Of a DNA stretch of 64,000 nt, positions 52,460-60,963 are shown in pieces. The stretch lies in NCBI GenBank assembly GCA_963695345.1, contig OY968769.1:1664001-1728000 (forward strand), given 5' to 3'. A model generated the notes under the pieces. It searched no databases, had not been told where the DNA came from, and saw only the letters and a list, made by a program, of their open reading frames with translations. This DNA is from an uncultured Methanomassiliicoccales archaeon. Lineage in GTDB: Archaea; Thermoplasmatota; Thermoplasmata; Methanomassiliicoccales; UBA472. Every line of letters starts with the position of its first letter. Position 1 is the first letter of the stretch. The translations under genes were made by a program, and so were the position numbers.

Positions 52460-54631
52460 CTAACCCTCAGGCGATATTGTCGATCTTGACCAGCGATCAT
52501 CGACCTTCCGGGCAATGGCGAACATGAGCTGATCTCCATCCCCATTACTATTCTGGTAAAGGCCGGCATCAAATGATAGCGGTTCCGTGCGGTTGTCCAG
52601 TTGAAGATCGAGCCGGTAGTCATTCACCCTACCTGCGGTAAAGACCATATCCACCCCCTCCGATGCTTTTACTGGATCGACAAAGAGGGAATCAAAGCGG
52701 GTTCCGACCAACGCTGCCCTTGATTTTTCGGTCCATCGGACCGCTTCCTCGTTGACATCCTTTATCAGACCCTTCCGGTTGACGGTGACCATCATGTCTG
52801 GGCTGCATTCGATAAGGCCTCGGGAGTAGTTCCTGGCCTCTTCGATCTCCCGGACCATCTTTTTCCTTTCACGGATATCCCGGGCGATACAGAAGATGCC
52901 TTTTACCATGCCAGAACGGTCCCGATAGACGCTGGCATTGAACGAGACCGGGATGTTTTCCGATTTGTTATGGACATTGAGCTCGAAGTTGTGCACCGAA
53001 CCTTCAGAGAAACAGGCCTGCACTCCCCGGCCTGCTCGCTCCCGGTCGTTGAACAGATCGATGAAGGATGCCCCGATGAGATCCTCCCTGCTCCGTCCCA
53101 CAAGCAAGGTCGCCGCCTCGTTGACGTCCATGATCAGGCAGCTGCTGTCCACGGTGACCATCATGTCGAGGCTGCTCTCGATCAATCCCCGGGAATAGTC
53201 CTTCGCATCTTCCAGTTCCGCGATCATCGTTTTTGTCTCCCGAACATCTCTGGCTGCTGCGAAGACACCTTTGATCGCCCCATCATTGTCCCGATAGGCG
53301 GTGGCATTGAACTGGACTGGTATCTGGTTGGAATCCCTGTCCACCAGCATGAGTTCGAAGTTCTGCACCATTCCTCTCTCCAGCGTTTCAAGGATGCCAT
53401 CCCTTGCCTTCTTCGGATCGGTGAAATAGTCCGCAAAGTCGGATCCGATCAGGCTCTCCCGTTCCTTTCCCACGATCTTTATGGTGGCATCATTGACATC
53501 GAGAATGTTCCCGTCCAGGTCCAGGAAGACCAAGGCGTCCAGACTGGCCTCTATCAGGCTCCTGGCGTATCTTTGTGACTGTATCATTTCATTGAAAACG
53601 GAGCTGTTGATCGGCTCGAAGCAGACCAATGCCCCATGCACCAGGCCATCGGTGCGATCGCGGTAGGTGATGAGGTTCAAAAGCACTGGGACGGTCTCAC
53701 CTGAGGCCAGGGCGAGCCGGTGTGGGGAGCCCGTCACCTTACCCCGGGCCAAGCACAACTTGATCGTTTGCTGCAGGCCGATAGGATTGATGAAAAGGGC
53801 GTCTAGCCTGCTCTCCAACAGAATGTCCCGTTTCTTTTGGCACAGGGCCTCCATTGCGGCATTGAGGTCGGTGATACGTCCTTCCTCGTCCACCGTCAGC
53901 TGAGGGTCATTGATGCTCCCTAGCAGGCCAGAGGTAAAATGCTGGGCATGGTCCAATTCCGCGCTTCGATTCGCATTCACGTTCCTCCCTCTCGACCTCT
54001 CTGCTGCGCTCAGGTACCGCATCAGGCTGTCAAGGTTCTTCTTGGATGGAAAGGTCCATTCTCCCTTCTCGGGTAGGTAAAGGACCTCATGTATCACAAA
54101 TGCCCCGTCCTTGTTGGTCTGCATGCTCCTGGCCAGATCGTTGATCTCCTGGACCTTCGCAATGTAGTCGACGAGAGGTCCTTTCCCATACCCCGAACAG
54201 TAAGGCTTGATGGTCAGCAGGTCCCCGTATTTCGGATCGTGATGTACGTAAAAGGGGAACCAGCGACATACCAGGTAGTTCGAATCATGCTTAGAGCATC
54301 GGTTCTGCTCGGAAAGGAACAAGCAAGGCTCATAGGTGAAATTTGCCACCTTTCGCGCATATCGGCAACACTCACCACACATCTGGCATTCGAAACGTGT
54401 CTTTCCCGGGATGACGAAATGACTCTTGGTCAGGATCCCTGCCAGTTCACCGCTCGTCACCTCGACCCCGATACTCGAGAGAACTTCCCCCCTATCCTTA
54501 GCTGGGGTCTCATTGAACCTTTCCAGTTGATGCCAGAAACGAGCATCCCGGTTTTCATTGGGATTTTTACCTCTCACCGCTATCTTATTACTCTTGGTGG
54601 AGGAGAAATCGTTCGCGTTGTTTTTTGCCAT
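52460..54631 (-). CDS. YkgJ-like Cys-cluster domain + four PAS domains, no output domain
   Basis: CQMCGECC...CLF...C...CRWFPF...YC.GYG; repeated Y.R.LIE.S.D...D.N....G..RE.L.G PAS units. Confidence 0.85.
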   Translation of the reverse strand: MAKNNANDFSSTKSNKIAVRGKNPNENRDARFWHQLERFNETPAKDRGEVLSSIGVEVTSGELAGILTKSHFVIPGKTRFECQMCGECCRYARKVANFTYEPCLFLSEQNRCSKHDSNYLVCRWFPFYVHHDPKYGDLLTIKPYCSGYGKGPLVDYIAKVQEINDLARSMQTNKDGAFVIHEVLYLPEKGEWTFPSKKNLDSLMRYLSAAERSRGRNVNANRSAELDHAQHFTSGLLGSINDPQLTVDEEGRITDLNAAMEALCQKKRDILLESRLDALFINPIGLQQTIKLCLARGKVTGSPHRLALASGETVPVLLNLITYRDRTDGLVHGALVCFEPINSSVFNEMIQSQRYARSLIEASLDALVFLDLDGNILDVNDATIKIVGKERESLIGSDFADYFTDPKKARDGILETLERGMVQNFELMLVDRDSNQIPVQFNATAYRDNDGAIKGVFAAARDVRETKTMIAELEDAKDYSRGLIESSLDMMVTVDSSCLIMDVNEAATLLVGRSREDLIGASFIDLFNDRERAGRGVQACFSEGSVHNFELNVHNKSENIPVSFNASVYRDRSGMVKGIFCIARDIRERKKMVREIEEARNYSRGLIECSPDMMVTVNRKGLIKDVNEEAVRWTEKSRAALVGTRFDSLFVDPVKASEGVDMVFTAGRVNDYRLDLQLDNRTEPLSFDAGLYQNSNGDGDQLMFAIARKVDDRWSRSTISPEG

Positions 54632-54805
54632 CGTATCCACGATCACGGTGCTCCGTTTGAGGGGCGCGATTCAGCCTATGATATCTGGGCACGATAATGA
54701 TTTGCGATTCACATCTCCATGTGATAATCAGAAATGCTGAGGTTCTGCAAGATCCTGATGTCAATGAAATGTGTGTCTGGATATACCGTGGAGAAATAAG
54801 AAGGA

Positions 54806-54906
54806 TGGCGCCGAGGGGGAGATTTGAACTCCCGAGTCCTTGCGGACACAAGCTTACTGGCGGAATAATTCCAGGCTTGCGCCTTACCGGGCTGGGCCAC
54901 CTCGGC
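54806..54906 (-). tRNA. tRNA-Ser(GGA) with 14-nt intron (54855-54868); CCA encoded
   Basis: Reverse complement GCCGAGG...CAAGC-CT-GGA-A[TTATTCCGCCAGTA]A-GCTTG, long variable arm GTCCGCAAGGAC, ...CCTCGGCGCCA. Confidence 0.92.
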
Positions 54907-55119
54907 TTTCGGCTCCCTACTGTATGAATTGGCTTTAAACTTTACGCCCAGGTTCGCCCTGTCCATACTGGAATTGAATCTAGGAAGGATTAAAATATTT
55001 CTCGATTTCGCTGAAATTCGGGGCCGATGGCTTCAGCAAGCCATCGCAAACTCTGACTTCATGCAGGAGATCCTATGCCGCTCACATCGTTTTGATCTCA
55101 TTACTGATGTGTCCGAGGC

Positions 55120-55914
55120 TCAGAACATGTCCTGTGAGACCAGTCCCATGGAGTCCCGCACGGTGGGGCGCATCCTCCGCGCCGCCCGTACCTCCATCAG
55201 GTCCAGGTCCACGCTTCTGACGTCCTTCTTGAAGTAGTCGCACTTCATCAATTGGTTGCCTTTCGGTCCCACCGCATGGCTGCCGCCGAAGAAGACCTGG
55301 TTTAGCTGACACCCGACGTTGTTGACGTAGATGGCATAGGCGGTGTTCTCTATGGCCCTGGCCGGCACGATCCTCTCGAAGAAGTCCCTGGATGTGTTGG
55401 GCGAGGCGGAGATACAGACGACGGCGTCCGCTCCGTGCAGAACCAGCGACTTGCTCAGCTCAGGGAAGAAAAGGTCATAGCAGATGACCACGCCAAGGCG
55501 GAACCCTTCCACCTCGAACAGTGTGGGCACTTTTCCCGGGGAGAAGAATAGCGACTCCTCGAACGGACCGAAGGTGGCCAGATTGATCTTGTCGTAGCTC
55601 CAGGCGCTGCCATCCGGTTTAACCAGGACGGCGCTGTTGTGCACCAATCCGGTCGTCTCATCGTCCAGGACCGGCATGCCCAGGAGGATGGAGCATTGGT
55701 GCTCGTCGGCCACGGTCATGAGCTCCTGGACGCTGTCCCCCTGGAGCGATTCGGCCATGAGGTGAACCCTGTCCCGGCACATGTACCCGCTCAGGAACAG
55801 CTCGGGGAATATGAACAGGTCAGCTTCCTGTCCTGCCACCGTCTCATGTATGCGCCTCAGGTTCTCCGCCTTATCGCCGACCGCGCTCGGCACCTGTGCA
55901 AGGACCGTCCTCAT
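55120..55914 (-). CDS. Carbon-nitrogen hydrolase (nitrilase superfamily)
   Basis: FPELFLSGY, YDK, ICYDLFFPE catalytic Glu-Lys-Cys. Confidence 0.92.
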   Translation of the reverse strand: MRTVLAQVPSAVGDKAENLRRIHETVAGQEADLFIFPELFLSGYMCRDRVHLMAESLQGDSVQELMTVADEHQCSILLGMPVLDDETTGLVHNSAVLVKPDGSAWSYDKINLATFGPFEESLFFSPGKVPTLFEVEGFRLGVVICYDLFFPELSKSLVLHGADAVVCISASPNTSRDFFERIVPARAIENTAYAIYVNNVGCQLNQVFFGGSHAVGPKGNQLMKCDYFKKDVRSVDLDLMEVRAARRMRPTVRDSMGLVSQDMF

Positions 55915-56010
55915 GCTATCGTCCGTCCAATCGCTGCACTCGGTTATCTAGGTTCGCGTTCGGCGGTCAGATGATAAGCGATATTAGCACGCTGCTGCAT
56001 ACGATGCCTC

Positions 56011-56811
56011 ATGCGCCCCCAATTGAAGGACTATGCCTACGACACGATAGTGGAGTTCATCCGCCAGAAGGTCGAGGAGTCTGGAGGCAACGGAGTGGTC
56101 ATCGGGCTCAGCGGGGGCATCGACTCGGCCCTGGTGTCCAAGCTCTGCGTCGACGCGATCGGCGCCGAAAAGGTCCTGAACGTCTTCATGCCGTCCGCTA
56201 CCACATCCAAGGCGGACCGGAAGGATGCCGAGGAGTTCTCCAGGGAGATCGGCGCGGAGTTCAGGGTCGAGGAGATCACACCGGCATTGGAGGGCTTCAA
56301 GATGCTGCTGCCCTCGATCGACCGGAAAGAGCTTTTGGGCAATGTCATGGCCAGATGCAGGATGGTGGTGCTCATGCACCACGCCAACCTGATGGGCCGC
56401 ATCGTCATGGGCACCGGCAACAAGTCGGAGCTGCTGGTCGGCTATTTCACCAAGTACGGCGACGGCGGGGTGGACTTCCTGCCGATCGGTGACCTCTACA
56501 AGACCGAGGTAAGGGAACTGGCGAGGAAGGTGCACATCTCCAGTGGGCTCATCGAGAAGGCACCGTCGGCCGGGCTCTGGGAAGGCCAGACGGACGAAGG
56601 GGAGCTGGGCGTCTCCTACGAGAAGCTGGACCAGATACTTCTCGGCTTCGAGATGCTGACGGAGAACCGGGAGATATCCCGCCAGACCGGCATAGACCTC
56701 AACATCGTGGAGATGGTCTGGAGAAGGCATCTGGACACGGTGCACAAGCGCAAGGCGCCGCTGATCCCTAAGGTCGGCTCGAGGACGATCGGGCTGGACT
56801 GGCGCGAGTAG
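56011..56811 (+). CDS. nadE: NH3-dependent NAD+ synthetase
   Basis: GLSGGIDS, GTGNKSE, YFTKYGDG, DLYKTEV, APSAGLWEGQTDE, HKR. Confidence 0.95.
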   Translation: MRPQLKDYAYDTIVEFIRQKVEESGGNGVVIGLSGGIDSALVSKLCVDAIGAEKVLNVFMPSATTSKADRKDAEEFSREIGAEFRVEEITPALEGFKMLLPSIDRKELLGNVMARCRMVVLMHHANLMGRIVMGTGNKSELLVGYFTKYGDGGVDFLPIGDLYKTEVRELARKVHISSGLIEKAPSAGLWEGQTDEGELGVSYEKLDQILLGFEMLTENREISRQTGIDLNIVEMVWRRHLDTVHKRKAPLIPKVGSRTIGLDWRE

Positions 56812-57295
56812 ACAAGAGCGCGGTTTCGAAGGCCGACCGGAAACCTTCCCGGTCCGTCACGTCGAAGACGATCTCATCAACTTTTCTCCAGAAGACCGAG
56901 GCGATACGTTGCGGCCTCCTCAGCTTGAGCGAGATCAGGTCTCTCTTGCACGATGTTATGTTCAAGATCCCTTTGGTCTGGGAAATAAGCAGGCTGCGGT
57001 CCTTCGGCGCCTCATCTATCAGATTGATGGCCTTGATGTTCTCGATCGGTACGCTGACCGTGAAATGCCATCCCTGGCGGAGGATGATGTCGTTCGCATC
57101 GACTGAGTGTCTGGTGAGGAATGGTGATACACCCACGACCAGCAGGAACAAGCCCAACGCCAATCCCATGACGATGGTCACGAGTGTATCGAACGGAAGG
57201 AGAAGAACGATGAGAACCATGACCCAAATGACCGCCACAGTGAGGAACAGCGTGGAGCGCATGATCCACTTGCGGTCATAGGTGAAATCGGCCAC
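56768..57295 (-). CDS. Membrane protein with probable bacterial PH-like domain
   Basis: Two TM helices followed by LRQGWHF...VP..NI. Confidence 0.6.
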   Translation of the reverse strand: MADFTYDRKWIMRSTLFLTVAVIWVMVLIVLLLPFDTLVTIVMGLALGLFLLVVGVSPFLTRHSVDANDIILRQGWHFTVSVPIENIKAINLIDEAPKDRSLLISQTKGILNITSCKRDLISLKLRRPQRIASVFWRKVDEIVFDVTDREGFRSAFETALLSTRASPARSSSSRP

Positions 57296-57427
57296 AGGGA
57301 TGGAAGGGCTTGCCCGGACATTATCTTTCGCATAAGGATACTAAATCACGGAAAGCAGGCTTCCGGACAGACCCTGCAATACCAAAGGTTTAATTATGGC
57401 CATCGAATTTGGGGGGATTACGAACTC

Positions 57428-57502
57428 GCTCCCGTAGTGTAGTCCGGCCAATCATTTTGGATTCTCGATCCAAGGACTGGGGTTCAAATCCCCACGGGAG
57501 CA
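57428..57502 (+). tRNA. tRNA-Glu(CTC)
   Basis: GCTCCCG...TTGGA-TT-CTC-GA-TCCAA...TGGGGTTCAAATCCCCACGGGAGCA. Confidence 0.95.
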
Positions 57503-57586
57503 CTCATCTATCATCTGGCTCATAGCTCAATTCTGGGTTTTCGGGTTACCACGTTGCTCGTCCAGCCCAGTATTCCGATATTCATT

Positions 57587-57859
57587 CTACTCGATTCTGT
57601 TCTCTTCGTGCCACATCTTGATCGTGGCCTTAGCGGGGGATGGTAAAGGAAAGGGGTGCCTGCAGGAGATGCAAAAGGTCACATCCATCTCTACCCAGTA
57701 ATGGCAAACGGGGCATTCCTTGCGGAGTGGGGCGGAACAGAATGGACAGGCATGGTCCATTCTCTCCACGTCTGACTCGCAATTGATGCAGTGCCGTTTG
57801 ACCACTCCTTTCAGCCAGGGGGCCAGTTCCTCCTTTCTAACCTTCACGATCCGGGGCAA
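57587..57859 (-). CDS. Double zinc ribbon protein
   Basis: Four CxxC pairs: CINC, CPFC, CPVC, CISC. Confidence 0.7.
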   Translation of the reverse strand: MPRIVKVRKEELAPWLKGVVKRHCINCESDVERMDHACPFCSAPLRKECPVCHYWVEMDVTFCISCRHPFPLPSPAKATIKMWHEENRIE

Positions 57860-57930
57860 CAGAACACCTTAGTGATATGCTACGATTCTCGGCTTCGGTG
57901 TTTACAGCCTGTGTGCAGCCTTCCTTGAGC

Positions 57931-58527
57931 TTATTGTCTTGCCAACAGGTACATCGGTATCTCGAAACCGCTGACCGGTCCGATCTCCATGCTCCACCGG
58001 GTGATGCGCTCGATCCCGCTCTTCTGCTCGCCGGCCAATCCGGAAATCAGCGCCTTTCGGGACGAGGATCTGCTGGCTATCCCGCTGTCATTGATGGCTT
58101 TCATGACCGCCATCGGGGTGAACGCCCCACCGACCACTGAGTTGTCCATGGTATAGCCGATCGTGTCGACCGGGATCACGAAAGCCTTCGCCTTGGATCT
58201 CTCGAATATCAGTTTCAATATCTGGTGGGTGATGATGGAATTACTTGTGATCAGTACGGGAGAGCTCTCATCGGGCGAGTTGTACTCGAAGAGCTTCTCC
58301 GGCACCTTCTGCTGCATGGGGTCGCTCTCCGGCAGACGGATGTCGATGCTCAGGACGGCATCGATGGCATCGGCCATCTTCTTGTCGATTTTCGAGCAGT
58401 CAACCGCCTTCGCATTCTTGTCGATCAATTTCTGGGCGAATCCGACCCAGCCTTTATCCTGTCCGGGCAGGTACTTCACAAGATCTTCCGCTTTCAACTT
58501 ATACAGGTCTATCTCCTCAATGGCCAT
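57931..58527 (-). CDS. CdhE/AcsC (HgcA-related) corrinoid-binding-domain protein with degenerate N-terminal Fe-S domain
   Basis: PDESSPVLITSN, VDTIG, FT, I..SG, LISGLA, IE..T.W...GP....IP.YL. Confidence 0.75.
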   Translation of the reverse strand: MAIEEIDLYKLKAEDLVKYLPGQDKGWVGFAQKLIDKNAKAVDCSKIDKKMADAIDAVLSIDIRLPESDPMQQKVPEKLFEYNSPDESSPVLITSNSIITHQILKLIFERSKAKAFVIPVDTIGYTMDNSVVGGAFTPMAVMKAINDSGIASRSSSRKALISGLAGEQKSGIERITRWSMEIGPVSGFEIPMYLLARQ

Positions 58528-58528
58528 T

Positions 58529-58749
58529 TCATTCCTCCTTCTTCGTTTCCTTCATAGCGATCTCGACGAAATCGGACATGCGCTGGCCCCCAGCGCCGCC
58601 GACCGTTCCACTAAGGTTGTTGATTCCTTGATATCGTCCTCGCCGATCCTCCGCTCCAGCGCTTTCCCGAGGTGATGCTTGAAACAGGGCTGGCAACGTC
58701 CGGCCTCCGTGGCCGCCATGGCTGCCGACTCCTTCGTCCTCGGGTCCAT
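58529..58749 (-). CDS. Small AhpD/carboxymuconolactone decarboxylase-like CxxC protein (probable frameshift near 58600)
   Basis: MDPRTKE...A...CQPCFKHH..KA...I.E; alternative frame ends MSDFVEIAMKETKKEE* next to the SD of the following gene. Confidence 0.6.
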
Positions 58750-58753
58750 CGCA

Positions 58754-59873
58754 TCAGCCTTCCTGCGCCGCCCCTTTGAATTTACCATTCGCATCGTAGT
58801 ACTTCCGTTTGAAGTACAAGGACAGGTTCACCAGGGAAATGAGCGCGGGCACCTCTACCAGTGGGCCGATGACAGCGGCGAACGCAACAGCCGACGATAT
58901 GCCGAACACGCCCACGGCCACGGCGATCGCGAGCTCGAAGTTGTTGCTTGCCGCTGTGAAGGACTGTGCGGTGGCATGACCATAATCGATCTTGAGCCGC
59001 ATGGACAGCCAGAATGACAGCAGGAACATGATCACGAAGTAAATGACCAACGGGATAGCGATTCTTACCACATCAAACGGTGTGTCTACGATCGACTGGG
59101 CTCTAAGCGAGAACATGACCACGATGGTGAAGAGCAATGCCAGCAGTGAGACCTTCCCTGCTACCGGCATGAACCTGTTATCGTACCAGTCAGCGCCCAT
59201 CCTCGGCCTGAGGGTGTATCGGCTGATAACGCCGGCGAAGAACGGTATTCCAAGGTAGATTATCACGCTGATGGCCACGGACACGATCGAGATGTCCACT
59301 GCCACCCCGGATCCTGGCGATACCACATCGGATAGCACTGAGATCAGGAAATATGCGTAGAACGCGTAGAGGACTATCTGGAATATCGAGTTCAGAGCGA
59401 CCAGGATCGCAACGTATTCGCTATCTCCTTCGGCCAGCTGGTTCCAGACCAGGACCATGGCGATGCATCTCGCGACGCCGGTCAATATCAGGCCGATCCG
59501 GTATAGCGGCTGGTCTGGGAGGAAGATCCATGCCAGAGCGAACATCAGTAATGGACCGACGACGTAATTCAGAAACAGGGAGGTTGAGAACATCTTCTTC
59601 GCTTCTGGCTGCTTCGTGATCTGGCCAAGCTCTTCGTACTTTGACCTTGGCCAGCGGAGGATACATCATGAGTATCAGGCCAATGGCGATCGGGATGGAG
59701 GTGGTACCGACGCTCATCTCGTTCAAAGAATCGGCGAACCCAGGAATAAGGACCCCCAAGACGACGCCGAGCCCCATGGCAGCGAATATCCAAACGGTCA
59801 GGTATCTGTTCAGGAACGACAATTTCTTCAATCCGCTCGGCGGCGGGTTGTTTTCTTCTTCGGTCACATTCAT
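58754..59873 (-). CDS. acr3: ACR3 family arsenite efflux transporter (frameshifts near 59620-59645)
   Basis: [49 protein letters not shown]. Confidence 0.95.
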
Positions 59874-59909
59874 ATGATTCCCTCCAAGTTGGCCCTGGCT
59901 CGACGATGT

Positions 59910-59950
59910 TTCAATTAATGTTGAAGTGAAGCATTTGGTCGATATAAATA
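59910..59950. promoter_or_regulatory. Candidate ArsR operator (TTCAA-N6-TTGAA, 59910-59925) and TATA element between the divergent acr3 and arsC
   Basis: Inverted repeat ttcaa-ttaatg-ttgaa; ATATAAATA at about 59942-59950. Confidence 0.55.
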
Positions 59951-59999
59951 AGTTCGTGGCTATCGTTAAGTATCTTGAAAATCAAACGCTGGAGACGAT

Positions 60000-60416
60000 A
60001 TGAAGAGAGTACTATTCATCTGCACCCATAATTCTGCGCGGTCCCAGATGGCCGAAGGATTGGCGAATGCACTTTATTCGAAGGTCCTCACGGCATATAG
60101 TGCGGGTACAAAGCCAGGTCAGGTCCATCCCTTGGCAATTGAGGTCATGTCCGAGCTGGACATCGATATTTCAAAACAGCGGTCGAAGGGACTCGCCGAG
60201 TTCAAAGAACAGGAATTCGACTACGTGGTCATGGTGTGCTCGAATGCGGCCGAGACCTGTCCATTCTTCCCCGGAGGCAAGGTACAGATCCATCATGGAT
60301 TCGACGATCCATCAGAGGTTGTAGGCACCGAGAAAGAAAGATTAAAAGCGTTCCGAAAAAGCCGGAATGAAATCAATAAGTGGATTATCGACAATCTAGT
60401 ATTACCCACAAATTAG
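60000..60416 (+). CDS. arsC: Arsenate reductase (thioredoxin-dependent, LMW-PTP fold)
   Basis: CTHNSARSQMAEG, SAGT.P, VCS.A.ETCP.FPG, DDP. Confidence 0.95.
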   Translation: MKRVLFICTHNSARSQMAEGLANALYSKVLTAYSAGTKPGQVHPLAIEVMSELDIDISKQRSKGLAEFKEQEFDYVVMVCSNAAETCPFFPGGKVQIHHGFDDPSEVVGTEKERLKAFRKSRNEINKWIIDNLVLPTN

Positions 60417-60428
60417 AGGGTTCTATCA

Positions 60429-60803
60429 ATGGCCGCTAGAAGTACTCCAAAGAAAGAATGCTGCAAGGATGTGATGAACCTTCCGGAGGAGATGGAGGCA
60501 GCCCTTCAGCAGCAGGGAGGGTTGGAGGAGTTGAAGAAGCTCGTTCCAGACAAAGCGGAACTTGCCTTCGAGGCAAATCGTTTTCAGGCAGTTTCTGACC
60601 CTATCCGGCTCCAGATAATGCATGCTCTCCTGATAATCGACCTATGTCCCTGCCTTTTAAAAGAGATCACAGAACTAACGGACTCTGGGCTGTCCTATCA
60701 TCTCAGCATACTGGAAGAGGCAAACCTGATCTCTTCATCTTCCCGGAAAAGGTGGCGGGTCTATGTGCTGACCGATAAAGGAAGAAAGTTGATAGGCGGC
60801 TGA
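60429..60803 (+). CDS. arsR: ArsR/SmtB family transcriptional regulator
   Basis: SDPIRLQI, LCPC, LSYHLSILEEANLI; N-terminal CC. Confidence 0.9.
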   Translation: MAARSTPKKECCKDVMNLPEEMEAALQQQGGLEELKKLVPDKAELAFEANRFQAVSDPIRLQIMHALLIIDLCPCLLKEITELTDSGLSYHLSILEEANLISSSSRKRWRVYVLTDKGRKLIGG

Positions 60804-60836
60804 ATCTTCCACAACCACGTAGAATCAGAGGTTCGC

Positions 60837-60886
60837 GCCGGGAGAGGGGCCACGAAAATCTCGACCCCTTTTCCGGCCGTCTTTTT
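60837..60886 (+). terminator. Hairpin plus U-tract after arsR
   Basis: GCCGGGAGAGGGG (60837-60849) pairs with CCCCTTTTCCGGC (60865-60877), followed by CTTTTT. Confidence 0.55.
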
Positions 60887-60963
60887 CGTTGTCAAACAAA
60901 CAGGCATGGATTTCCAGAGGTTGCGGTCCGTGCCGCGTGACCTCTGCGTTCTTAGTTTCGATT

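Noticed and set aside
57931-58527. Calling this gene hgcA (mercury methylase)
   Set aside because: No N(V/I)WCA(A/G)GK cap helix, no C-terminal TM helices and no hgcB ferredoxin; the neighbour has CxxC zinc ribbons, not CX2CX2CX3C motifs.
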